Source of the DNA: Catajapyx aquilonaris
Taxonomy: Eukaryota
Assembly (NCBI GenBank): GCA_000934665.2
Contig: JYFJ02002707.1
Span: 1 to 52,616 of the forward strand
DNA length: 52,616 nucleotides
Direction: 5' to 3'
Shown: positions 13,578 to 26,800 of the stretch, piece after piece
Position numbering within the stretch: position 1 is the first letter of the stretch
Layout of the letters: every line of letters begins with the position of its first letter
The notes under the pieces: generated by a model
What the model was told of the DNA's origin: nothing
Database searches by the model: none
The model's input: the letters and a program-made list of their open reading frames with translations, nothing else
Made by a program: the position numbers and the translations under genes

Positions 13578-14807
13578 CTACCTGTGAGTTTCCCGAGTCT
13601 CCAATTCCTGTAACGGAGATCGGGAGGATGCAGTACTGCTGCTCCTCTTGTCCATTCGAGGTGTTATTCTTCCCTTGGCAGGCATTTTGGTTGCCCGATC
13701 AGCAGGTTTCTTATGTGCCGTTGGAGGAAGCCTGCTACGTGAATGGGAACTCTCCTCTGCTTCCTCTGATGTAACCCTTAGCCTATTTGCAGGCCTCTTA
13801 GAGCGAAGTGGGGAGTTAGATGGTGGCTCCTCCATCTTGGGTGAAAAGATGCGCTTGAGGTCACACACAGCAGCAGCAGGTGGGGTTTGGGTGATTGGAT
13901 GGTTAGGCTGAGATCGCGTGAAGGAAACCTTGAGTTTGGGAGGAGTGCTTCGAACTGGAGATGTGACTGGACGAGGTATCTTGGATCGGGAAGGTGCTAA
14001 GGTTCCTTGAGGTGAACCCGTGCTTGAGTCCTTCACACTGAGAAGCTCCCACTTCATTTGCAGCCGCCGGAATTTTCCTCCTGATGCGGGAGCCTCATCT
14101 ACTGATGACAAGTTCATGCTGGCTATTTCAGGTTGCAATGTTGGTCTGACAGGTGCCTTTGCCTCTGCCTTATTGCCACCACTTGGAGCACTAGGTCGGT
14201 TCAATGAGTCATTTTTGCAGGGAACTGAATCTCTTGACAATGATTCAGCAGAGACACGACTACTGCCATTATTGGTGGCTGTCCCATCTGAAGGAAGTTC
14301 CCCAGTAGGTGAAGAGCTATTGTTACTAGCTTGACTGGGCCCACGGCCAGTCTTGGGGTTCTCCAAGCTATCGGTATAGTCCTCATCTGATGCACCGGCT
14401 GTTGTTAGATCTGATGAACGTGGTGACATGTTCCCCTTATCAAAAGCATGAAGAAGAAGGTGACATAATTGCATTCCACTCCATCGTTTTTTCATGGTAT
14501 TGGCCATGTCAAGGAGTGAGAAGCCACTTGTGTCCACATGTGACCATGGCCGTTGTGATGGCCCCTTGTTTTTGTTGTCACCCTGCTCATTCCATTTGCT
14601 GCCAAAGCGGGGGGTTTCATCAGAAAAGGCTCTTCGTAAAATTGGCTGGCAATGAATAGCATCAGCAGGTTCCTTTCTGCCACCTGCTTGGTAGCGATGG
14701 CCAGGATCTTGAGAATGTCCCAGGTGGAGGGAACGGGCAAGGGTGCTGGTCCACTGTCTCCATCGAGTTGGTGACAAAGGTGGTATAACCTCTTTCGCCA
14801 TTGGTTC
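13578..14807 (-). CDS. RUSC-like gene exon 10 (Ser/Pro-rich C-terminal region, ends at TAG 13578 or splices at 13581)
   Basis: 66-nt upstream intron ending TTTTTACAG; 407-aa ORF; the stop overlaps a potential donor CAG|GTAGGC. Confidence 0.85.
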   Translation of the reverse strand, partial: EPMAKEVIPPLSPTRWRQWTSTLARSLHLGHSQDPGHRYQAGGRKEPADAIHCQPILRRAFSDETPRFGSKWNEQGDNKNKGPSQRPWSHVDTSGFSLLDMANTMKKRWSGMQLCHLLLHAFDKGNMSPRSSDLTTAGASDEDYTDSLENPKTGRGPSQASNNSSSPTGELPSDGTATNNGSSRVSAESLSRDSVPCKNDSLNRPSAPSGGNKAEAKAPVRPTLQPEIASMNLSSVDEAPASGGKFRRLQMKWELLSVKDSSTGSPQGTLAPSRSKIPRPVTSPVRSTPPKLKVSFTRSQPNHPITQTPPAAAVCDLKRIFSPKMEEPPSNSPLRSKRPANRLRVTSEEAEESSHSRSRLPPTAHKKPADRATKMPAKGRITPRMDKRSSSTASSRSPLQELETRETHR

Positions 14808-17800
14808 CTGTAAAAAAAATATGTGTCAGTGTGATGCCCATATGTTCACAGCCAACTGCAGATTAAAATCCACCTGTCGAGTATGATGAAGTTGTGCATA
14901 TCGTGTTTCCATTTCCTGCAGGTTGCGCTGCAAAAGTTGTGACTCAAACAAAAGGTCAAGCCTGAATGGCAGCAAAGATAGAGGCTGCACTGCTGCAAGG
15001 AGATCATCAAAAAGACAACGTGTGGCTGAATTGGCCAGGTAAAGGAAAGCCTCAGGATGATAGTGCTTGTGTAGAAGGCGCTCTCTTGTTCTCAAGAAGC
15101 TAAGCCATGAGCCCAGGGAACGAATACTGAAAAATTAATTTTGCACATTATGTTACAAGAAACATCTCTTTAGGCAAAGCATATATATAAGTTTGGAAAA
15201 CTTACTTTAACAGACCAAAGATAAAGGCATTGAATTTCATGGGTCCTTCTGCCAAGAGATCTTCACTGTCAATGCGCATAGCTAGATCATTGAGAGCTTT
15301 AGTGAGTGGTCCTGAAAAAGTAGAGATCATCACAGCAGTTAGCAGCTTATCAGAGGTGAAAGTGAATGAAAATCTAGGATCATTGACCAATAATTGTTCC
15401 AGTTGAAATATCCATTTTAGTGAGCGATTTTGTGGCACTAAGCACATTACTTTAAGCAGTTACTTTTAGTGTTAACCTAAAGTATTAGCTGCTAATATTA
15501 GGTTGCATGGACCCACCCTTCTTAAAACCTGAAATTCCAATTGCTCCTATGGGCCATTCCCAATTGTAATTCAGAGTTTGGATAGCTGATTTAGTTCTGA
15601 CAAATATTAGCAGCTGTAACCACTAAAAGTATGCAAAAGTATCTGCTTAAATATATGCATCTAGTACCAAAACATTGCTAACTACTACAGGTATTTCCAT
15701 TGGAATACCTGCATGGTTCCACATAACATAAGAAATGGTGACCTGTACATTTAGGGAACATGGATGAGGGCTGAAATATTATAAAGAGAGATACTTGGAA
15801 AGGGTGGGATAATCTTACAAGTAACCCGCCAGGAATCGAACCTGGGACCATGTCCACTGTGTGGGCATATGCTCTGCCACTGAGCTACGGGACCAAATCT
15901 TTTTGGGAAATGCGTGATGTGACACGGGACTATATGGATAGTTCCCAAGGTACAGATATCAAGACCATCGTATACTGTGCATTAAAATCCCACCTTAGAC
16001 CTTAGGGAAGGACCGTGTGGTATTTTGGCAAGATGGGCCCAAAACCTCAATAATTTTGATTATGCAATCAGTTTTTTAACTTATTGAATCAAAGGCCATT
16101 AAGGTTGAGTCATAACCTGCCTGGTAGTCAGCAACACCTCACCCATGACACCTGCTGCTGCTCCCAGTAACCTGAGGAGCCCAGTGGCAAGTAGTATTTG
16201 TGCATCCCATTGGTTTGGAGGGAAGAAGGAATGTGGCATCTCTTTTCTGCTTGCATTACCATTTTTATTGCCCTTGTTGCTTTTCACTCATGACTGTTTT
16301 ATCTATTCACCAATTGACGGCCTCGAAATTGGCAATGACAAAAACAAATTGCCTTGAAATTTTACAGTTATGTGCTACACTGTTACCAGAACTGATGGCA
16401 TATTTGGAGCTCAACTGTAGAAATACATTTCCCAATTTTTTAAAACCATTTTATGCTAACAATGAAGAAGATAAGTTTGCTGGGTTAAGAAGATAGAGCC
16501 ACCTTGCTCTTACCTTGCTGGGCTGATGCCTCTACCACTTTCCAAACTGAATTTGGTACAGGGCCGAAAATTGTGTCCAAGTTGGGTAGTAATCCATCAC
16601 TTAAAAGAGCATACATGGCTGGGCATAGATCACGAAGTGTGAGATGAGCACAGGCAGGTGGTGTGGGCATAGCATCTTCGTCTGAATTGCTGCTGCTACT
16701 GCTGCTTCCAATGCTTCCATTATTTGGATTGATTTTGTTTCCCACCGAGAGTGATGCAAAACGAGCCATAAGCTTGGCAACAGCACTAGTCACTGCCTTA
16801 ACCAGTGCTGTTGGGAAAAAAATCATCAGTTGTTAGGACTACCAATGATGAAGTGCTATGCTTGTCTTACCTCTCTTTTGATTCAAATCCACCATCACAG
16901 GACGCTGGGGATTTCCAATGGCCTTTCCTGTGACTGCGGGTGCTATATGAGCCACTGCAGGAACCTCTTCACTGCTGTAAGCCACGTCATTATTGGCCTT
17001 GTCATCTGTCACAATCCCGTGTACCATGCACTGTGGATCAAGAGTAGCTTGAGTACAATTGTGAGTAGTACAGCACAGATCACTTACTTTATGGATGGTT
17101 CCTGGGTCAAAAAGGGACACATTTGGTGAATTGGGAGGAGTAGTCAGATGGATAGGGCTTTCCCTGGCATGAATGCAGACCTTCTCAGCAAAACTGACTG
17201 ATTTCTTAGCCCGATTTTCTCCTGAACATGTACACATGCAATTGCAGGCTTCCAGAAGCATAGCAGCACTGACTGCTTTGCTTCCTGCAGCTTGTTCCAG
17301 CCCTGAAGAACCAGCCTCTCCAGATGTATTGGATTTTGTGTCAACGTCAATCAAATCACAGGGCAAGGTGTCTGCATGATCACATCCTCTAGCCTCCATC
17401 TGACCTTGCATAAAGAGAAACTTGCTGACTTGTGATCGCAAGCGAAGGACATCCTTGTCATCTCGATGGATTGCATTAGGTGAATTCAATTGAAGAAGAT
17501 CTGGTGGCAGAAGGAAATCGTCGCTCATTCCCAAACTATTGCCACTGTTATTGTTGTTTATGATGTTAGCAGCTGCTGCTGCCTCCTTTAACACATCTCT
17601 GGACTTCTCATTAGCATGTTCAGGTGATGGCGGATGGAAGGGTCCAGGTGAAGTGTGGCACTGACTTTCTAACGACGCACTTTCCTTCTCTTCCACCTCC
17701 TCGGTACAGCTTGTACTGATGCTACCATTGGAATTGGTGGTGCTGGTAGTGGTCGTGTGGCTAAAACTCTGGGCAATTTTTCTGGACAAGTAATCACAAG

Positions 17801-20800
17801 CTTCTGGCATGGATCTCCTGTGCCATGCTACATCTGTGATGGCTGCAGTGGTTACAGGTTCCATCATGCTATGCCTCTTGTGCTTGTGGCACTGATCTTC
17901 ACGAAGAGACGATGCCTTTCGCAGGATTCCCTTTGGAAGGGGTGGCCTGGGAGGTGGTGCCTCAGGATCTTCAGGAATGACTTGCTCTTCAGAAGGCAAA
18001 GAGAATGACCTCTTGGGAGCAGGTGGTGCTCTATCTTCTTCTGAACTTGTTGTGCTCTCATAGTTGTATACATACAATGGATTATAACTGGCTGGGGAGG
18101 AAGACTGGGCCCCAGGAGATTCTGACAAAATGGTTGATGATCCCCGGTAGCCAGATGAGGGCTGTGTGCCCAGACTGGAAGACGATGATGACGATGTGGG
18201 TCTAGCCTTTGCTGCAGGCACCAGTCCAGAGCAGTCATCACAACTGAGTGGTCGACGTGGAATTTGTGTCATACCAAAGTGTGGTGTAGTCATGCCACTT
18301 AAGTCTGCGAGATTCTCCTTATGGTCATCTGCCAATATGGTCTTGTATTCTTGAGGAAGCAAAAATGTCAGGGACTCCCAGTCCTTTATATGACTGAAGT
18401 TGGTGTGTTTCTTCAAGCTTTCCACATCATTGCATGAAAATGGTCGACTTTTTCCCTTTCTTCCTTCTCTCATGAGAACCTTGGGTGTTTGAGGTGAACT
18501 GTACTTTTGTGGGATCAGAAACACCTTTGCATCTAGTTCTTGCTGCTTTTCACGAAGGAATCCTAAGTCAGGCAGTGAGTAATTGGGGTAAAACACATAC
18601 ACCTTCTTCTTATTCTCCTCTTGCCCCTCTTCCTCACCTTCTGATGGATCTGCTTCTGTTTTGGAATCTGGCATGCTGGTGTAACAAGGATCCACTGCTT
18701 TTCCCACCACATCAGAGTAAATATGAGGTGAGCCAGCATCTCCAAAGCATGATGTCTGAATGCTTTGGTCCATCACATGAACAGGAATTTGAGTGCTAGT
18801 ACTTTTTGTAGTGGCTATGCATACAGGCCTGCATGTAATGCACTGATTCTTGATATATCCACGAGAATGATGAGACACATCGGAGTTTGCAGATGCACTC
18901 AGGGAGCCTCGTTCCAACTCCTTCTGCCAGCGTATGTTAAATTGTTCAGGGCTGCCTTGTCCCTGCCTGCTGACAGATGGACTTGTCTGATTGCTGTTCA
19001 ACTTTTTAGTCTGTGTGGCCTGGCAAATGAGACTATCCTTTGATTCTACATTCAAATTGTTCTTCAAAGACAAAAATACATTGTTGATTACTTCCACGCC
19101 ATTGGGCTTCAGTTCCACTGGAGGTGATGGTGACTTCCCCATGCAACAAGCATTGTTCTTGCATGGGAGGAAATGATCTGTAGACCCCTCTCGAGCTGTT
19201 ATCCGGCTCGTAGTTTCACTTTCACAACTGGAAGTCCCATCTAAGCCAGTTTCCTGACCACCAGACATGCTTTGGTCAGTACCAGCAGCACTCGTCTCAG
19301 ACTGCAACTCTTCCCAGCAGTCATCTCGTCTAGGGTCTGTGAAAACAACAGGATCACCATTGCTGCAGTTGTCAACCAAGCTGTCCTCAAAACACTGAGA
19401 GCAGTCTGTTGTCATTTGATGTGAGCAGTTGTTGATACTATCTGCCGTTGCATCACCAGCACCATGCAAGATGGTGTTGTCTAAATGTCTGGTCTCACCA
19501 GTCACGCTGAATGATTCACTATCTTTCTTGCCATTGTCACAAATCCAGTGTTTCTGCTGCCCATCAGTATCTGGCTTTCTGATATGCTTGCAATTATTAA
19601 GGCAATTGTTGTTGTTTTGCTTTTCATATCTTACAAGATTTTTCACCTTCTCTTTGACCATGTCCACTTTTTCTAGTGAGTAATTCTGATTAGCAACTCC
19701 ACCTTTCCCATCCTGTCCACATGAGTCGCTCTCTGAAGCCCAGTCTGAACTATCTTGACCAGCAGATCGGAGGCACAGGTCTTCTCTGGACTGATCCGAA
19801 TAGCTAGCTGAACCACTGCCCCCAGTGTGACTGGAGCTCTTCTGTTGCATAAAAAGTTTAACCAAGGAGAAATTCTGGGCATGATGGTGTCTTGGTCTCC
19901 ATGCCATCCTCTCAGACACACAGAGTTGAACTGAGGAGTTGTTTTGAACATCATAAAGTTTCACACATTGGGCCATAGCAGCTGCTGCTGCAGCAGGCAA
20001 ACCACTACTGGAGAGCATCCCACCCTTCCGGGACAAGTTAGGTAAGCTCTGGCTTTTCAAGTTCACTGCTGCTGTAACTGATGAAGCACAAACGCTATTT
20101 TCATTGCTACTGTTACTGGCACTACCATTGTTGTTATTATTGTTGTTGTTATTGTTATTATTGTTGTTTCCAGACAACTGACAGCCAACTAGGAAGGGCA
20201 CACGTTTGAGCTTGGACCATGTAGTGTATGGGTAGGTGTAGTCAGAGTGCACCATTGCACTTCGGTCAATGCCATCCGTCAGGGTTTGGGGCTGATCGGA
20301 CCAGTTGGTGCTATCACATGTATCACTGCCTCCTTCAAGATAAAATTAATGTGATTATTACCACCAATGTATGAAATGAATTAACTAGTAATATTGTGTT
20401 TAAGTTAAAGTGCCACACTAACAATATTTTATAAATCATTAATTATGGCTAGCTCATAACTTTAATTTAATACATTTGGGTCAGAATTAATTTAATTAAT
20501 CATTTACAATATAGGTATCATAGTACCTTAAAGCATAGCAATTAAAGAACATTAGTTAATGGGATCAATATTATGATAAACCATAAGACTACCGGTATAA
20601 TAAATAATAATAATAACTATAGATGACTATAAGGTCAAGGTTTAAAAATTTTAGCCTAATTTTTTGTAAAACAATAAATCTAGTGGCAGTAATAGGCTGT
20701 GTGAAAGTTCCCCAGTCACAATCCCATCATACCAATTTCCTGATATTCAGAATCTTCAGACTCTTGAGTCATGCTGCCCTCAAAGGTAATGGTGTAGTTC

Positions 20801-23800
20801 TCCTTGTTGGCCCTGCATGTCAGCATGATGTCATGGTCAGGCAATGAGTCGCAATCCAGTGAATCCACACTGAAGCTGGCAGCTGGGAGATGACACTCCT
20901 TCACAGGGGAGAAGAGTGGCTCAGTCTTACAGATGGACATGTCCGCAGAGCCTGACTCTTCACCCTGTTGAGGTGGGTAAGAGAACACTTGCCCTTGAGA
21001 CAGTGGACTTGCCGCTGCTGCTGCAAGTCCAATGGTGACTAGGATGGCCATTATTTCTTCAGTGACAACACGCATTAATTTTCATTTCAATTGGGCAGTC
21101 TCCAATCTCCAAAAAGCACCCGAACAGAGTAGTACAAAACTGTCCCAGTCACCAGCTACCACGGTGGGGTACCCAAAGTAGTGTCCCCTAATGCCCATGA
21201 TAAGACTATGTGATTGCTCTAATTTTTCACTGGCACCAGCCACAACTGAGAACATGAGCAAAACACACTGCTCAGTCAGTGAGGCCTTTTCATGCCTTAC
21301 ACTTGAAGGATCAAGATGCATATGGAGAAATGACACTGCTAAGCAACAACAGAAAGCCATGCAGGGATGTTCTGCTGTCCTCCATTCATAAGGTGACTAT
21401 ATGGTACCATCAGGGTTAACTTATATGGAGAAGCATGTACGGTAGTCTTGCAGACCTACACTGGTAAGCATTACAAGATATTGGACGTTAGTGAGGAACA
21501 TGAGGAGGCACTGCAGAATCCCCATTTATTTGCAAAGGAAAGTGATGGACTAGCAATTTCTGCAGGGTCTGGCCAGGGGTGTTAGAAAGCATGTTGCAGA
21601 AGAAAGCTACAAATATCAAGTGGCATGTTTAGATTTGTAGATTACATTATTTTTGTTGGCACATAGGTCTTGACATGCATGTCAACAAGTCCCATCAAGT
21701 GACACACTCAGTTTCAATATTTAAGAAATCTGTATCACATTATTATACATTCTGGCATGCACTTTGACCTGTGCCAAGTAGGATATCAGGGCCGAATCTA
21801 CAGCATAATGTTTCACATGCAGGAATATCAAACAAATACAGTATATAGTAGGGGTCACCATATGGCTTGTTGCCCCAAAACGTATCAGCTGGCAACTCGA
21901 CTTTGTTTCTTGATATTTCTTGTTAATTTCGGCACCTTCAATGATGATCAGTCCTACATATGTATGGACACAGGAAAGTCCCACAAAAAAATTTATATGC
22001 ACACTTGCAACTTAGCATGGTATTGCAGTTTTTTCCTCAAAATTTTAGCCCTCATCGTGATAGTGTCAACAATTTGCCTTGTGGGACTATCAAGTAACGT
22101 GTGTGTGGGTCTGTACATTTAAACGCGGCCTGGCCACCTGTTTTGTGAGATGCGATGTACTGTAGGTCTTTTGTGTATGCAAGTGCAGTATTCATTCTCT
22201 TACCCATCTCGAAATGGAATACTGACCTGTGAGACACTTGGAGGGCTGATGGAAGATTCTAGGTCCAGTTTCGCCATGAGCGAACCTGAGACACTTGCAA
22301 ACATCTCACCCTCACGGTTATTCTGTAAAGTATTCATAAATTACCTATCATTGGAAAAACTTTGCAAAAGTTACATGATTGTCATGGGCATGAGACATTC
22401 TTTCTCATGTCCTCTTTTCCCTCACAAAAATGGCAAACAGGGTTTGTTAAAATGTTCCACTGCATGAGTAAGATGTATAAAAATTGGATGCCTTTATGCT
22501 ATTTTCATCCCAATTACAATATTTATTGAACTCTTCAAATCTTAAAAACTATTGCATCTAGAGATAAATTTCTATTTATACAAGATAGTAGAAAAGGTGT
22601 GTCTGTCCTCTTGAACTCAGGTTAATTTAGATTTGCTATAACTCAATCACTCTAGTTGATTGTGAATTTAGGCTCAGTTATCAGGATAATCTGATGTTCA
22701 TTTTCATTGCATCACCCGCATAAATGATACCAAACAATAATTGTGACGTGGTTATGCCACTCCCAACAACAATGGCATTCAAATGAACAGTCATATTGGG
22801 ATAAAATTGCGTTAGGATTTGTGTAATGTAGTCTTTGATGAGTAATTTCTAATGGCCAAGCCTGACAGAGTTGGATTGTTTCAGGTTTGGTGTCTGCACA
22901 AATAGCAATAAATTTTAGTGAGCTTGTTCTTAATAATATTGGATGAAAAACTGAATTTTTGTTAAGTAGATCCCCCCCCCCCCCNCCCCCCCAATTGAGA
23001 AAGCTGGATTTGAAAATAACCATTTTGCAAATTATGTCCAACTGCAAATGGCCACAGAAAGTGTTAGGAGCATTTGAATATCTTGACATAATTTTATATT
23101 TTTTCTGATAGATGTTAGAAAATGATGAATTTCTTGAGTTGCTTATTGTTAATAAAAACTTATTTTTCATAAAATAAATAACAGTGCAACCCTGTTTGAA
23201 CCCTTGTTGGCAACCCTTTGAAATGATAACTCAGTACTTACACACACTCAATTAACTTATTTAACTAACTCAATTAATGACAATAATAGTGAACAGTATG
23301 CAACTCTAAAAATTAAGCACTTGTGACATTGCCAGAAAATCAAATAAAAATTCTCTAATGATCCTAATGATTTGTGGTCATTTTCAGTAAGAAAAAATTA
23401 CAAAGTCTTGATATTCAAATGCATATTTCTCAGCTGGGATCTAAGTAGGCAAGACTGAGTTTCACTCTTTCATCATACAACCAAGAACAACCTCCTAAAA
23501 CTATCACAGTCCATACCAACACTGATCCTGCAACACATCTTCTACAATACTGCAGGAAAATGTTTGAAACATTTATCACACAAGGGATAAGGCAATTACG
23601 AAATTTTACATCCTCACATTTTGACATCACTCAATTGTGACTACAGTAATTGTTTTGCATGTTAGGTTTTCAAATGATTGCAGGATATTACTCCGTCATT
23701 CATGAGGATGATAAAACGAAATTTAACATGTGGTTATTATTATTATCTCCATATTATAGAGATCATCATATATGCCAATGAAAACTAAGGGAAATGTCCA

Positions 23801-26800
23801 ATTATGCAAAGGAAGTCATAATATCTAATCAGAGATATACGAGTACAGTATGATTAATTTTCTAAGTGTGGGAAGTAAGCACCATTCTCTCTCATCCTGT
23901 ACATAATTTGCCATATTCCTTCTGTTTCGAATTCTAAGGGTAATTTTACACCTATTCTAACCTATTCATAAGTTATTAGTTTATTTATAAGAATCTCGGG
24001 AAGTGTGTGACTCAGGAAAAGGTTCATGCTTTTCAGTTGGTATTTGAAGTACGCCATCAAACTGTGGTGAAACTGTAATATGGCAGTAGCCAAATTGAAC
24101 TTAAGCCAACATCCATTGTAAAGAGTCATAACACAATGCTTTTTACACTGTTATTGCTTACAATGACAAAACATTTTAGTAGTCCTTATACATTGCCTTC
24201 CAAAGAATGATTTTTCTAGTGATACATGTTGGCCAGTACTCATATAGCCCTAATAAGCACTTAACTCATGCAGTGACACATGAGAAGTTAACACCTATTC
24301 TATCAGGGGCGGATCCAGGGGGGCGGGAGGTGTCGTCACGGGGATCATGACCCCCCCCCCAACCCGTGGGAAGTGAAATATTTTCTTAATTTTAATTTGC
24401 AAATTAGGATATTTTTGACACTTTTGTATGTGGTGGTCTATTATTGGTACTTTGGTAGAAAGAACAGTAATGTAAGGAGGCGATACGGGGAACAGCCCTT
24501 CCCAGTGGCGGATCCAGGGTGGCGACCCCCCCCCCNNNNNCCCCCCCCCCCCCCCCCCAAGAAACCTAGATTATTATCCAAAAATCGGCAAAAATTACTA
24601 ATGATAATTTGGAAAAATTTGTACCAATTTCATCAAATACACACCCATTCAAATCCCCCACATTCACCTAAGCTTGTGTGACCTTGAATCCAGACAAATT
24701 TTTGCCCCCACTCGCTAATGCCACCAAGTCTGCGGGTATGGTACAGAAGTCCGACTGGACCATGACGTCGTGACCTCCCCCCCCTCTCCTCCCCCAATCG
24801 AAAGTCTGGATCCGCCCCTGCATTCTATTGTATGTAGGGCCTACATTAAGTAACAGTCATTTTCGCCCTTGGCAAATATAAGGATGCTGTGGAGATATTT
24901 CAGAATCCATAAGAGAAAGAGTTTGCTGCTATAAATACTTCACCTGCAAGTCTCCACAACACATGACAGGAAGTGTGAGCAAGGAGTGAATGTCTTCAGA
25001 GCGGAAAGTCTCCATATCAATCTCAGCCAAATTGGCATCCAGGTGTCGGGCCAATGCATCATAGCTCAGTTCTGGGAGTCCTGCTTGAGAGTGTGTAGAA
25101 GACAAAGCTGAGGCAAGTCCTTCATCATCTGTTCCCATTTCTGCTCCTTCAACCGCCTCCTCTTCTTCCTTGTAGCTGTTGTCAAAAAACAGTAGGTAAA
25201 ATCGCATGTACTTCACATCAAGCATGGTTGAAGTTAACTACTGCGAAGACCCACTGCAGGCTTACCATAAGAATAATTTACCTCACCCCTCACTTCCCAC
25301 CCCTTATCCCCTCTACCATTATGTAAAAATCAAGGACTACCTAACTTCAGTTTGCAGTTGCATGAAAAACTTCCAGCTTCCAAAGTTGTAATAACAAAGA
25401 AGCAACAAACTCTCATGAGAAGCACACGCTATGAATCACAAGGCAGATATTCCATTAGCTGGACTTATCCAATGGCTACAATCAAAGACTATAAATTTGC
25501 CATACCATCATCATCAACATCACGACATTTCCCTATGAGGGGTAGTCAGCGATGAAGAGAGACGCAAGCTAACCCAACATATGAACTAAATTTTTTTTTA
25601 AATACCGTCATACCGTACTGTAATAAAATAAAGTATTGCTATCAGACACAATGTATTCTCTGAATTATGTGTGTGTTATCATTTTATAAACATGACCTTT
25701 CAAATCCGTAAAAGTACCCGTCATTTCATTTTGTAACATTTTTTTGCTGACGTCATATGACCTTGAGTCAGTCATGGTTGATCTGAGTGACCCAGAAAAC
25801 CTCTAAAACCATCCCTCACTTTCGATATTTCGGGTAAAACACATTGTCATTTTGGGGTAACTTATATGCCACAATCTAGAAATCCAGCTTGTTTTTTGGG
25901 GGCACAAGGACCCAAAATCCAGAATGCTAACATCGATTTCCGAAATCAGCGGGGTCGAAAGCGTCTAAAAAGTCTTGTTAGCAACTTGTTCCCAATTTTG
26001 CTCCTAAGAATCAGTCACGAATACTGATTCTGATTTCCATTAAAAATGCTCATCCTCACTCGATTTTGCAGCTCTGCAGCTAATAAAAGGCCCCATTGCT
26101 GAATGACGTCAGCTGCATTAAAAACTAAAGCTTTGCAAATTCCAGAACATTCATCAAGCCCTGGTTGACAAAGTTGCGCCTTTCAATATATCCTCTACTA
26201 GGCATATTTTCCTAATGCATTTTTTATGGAGATTGATGGAGAGTTGAAAGAACAGTTCCAAAACCATGATCATGAAACCCTATAGAAATCATTTCTCCCC
26301 ACTCACTCTATTGATTACCCGGTCTGATATTCAGAATCACAATTAATCGGATTATCCTGCCAGGAAATCTACACCTTCCAGCCAGTCGGAACAGCTCTTT
26401 CAAATCAGTGCGACTGCAAATGATCATATTATATGAAATTCTGGATATTAATTCCACCGGCAAATGATATGCTATACATTGAAAATCTGAAACCACTCTT
26501 TATGAATGCCGCCTACTCACCCATAGTCCAGAAACCACTGGTCATCCGTATTGTCCTGGATAAATTCGACATCTTGGGACACCTGGGAATGAGATGACTG
26601 GTTGCTGAGAAAACTGGACGTCTGCTCTGAGTGTGGATGCGTGTTCTGATGGTATGGGTGGTGATGCTGCTGGTTACTATGGGGGTGGGGGTGCAGCAGC
26701 GGCGCCGGATTGGAATTGCAATCGGGGGGTACGGTTGCCCCTTCTTCGGTCATGCCGCGTCCCACACCTCCTGCAACAATAAATGGTTTCAGTCAATACT

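Noticed and set aside
16099..16287. Possible extra exon between exons 7 and 8
   Set aside because: Its open frame ends in phase 0 while exon 8 needs phase 1; the phase-compatible frame has a stop; the RUN domain is continuous without it.
13648..19954. Many 60-125-aa ORFs overlapping the large exons
   Set aside because: Antisense or alternate-frame shadows of the RUSC-like CDS.
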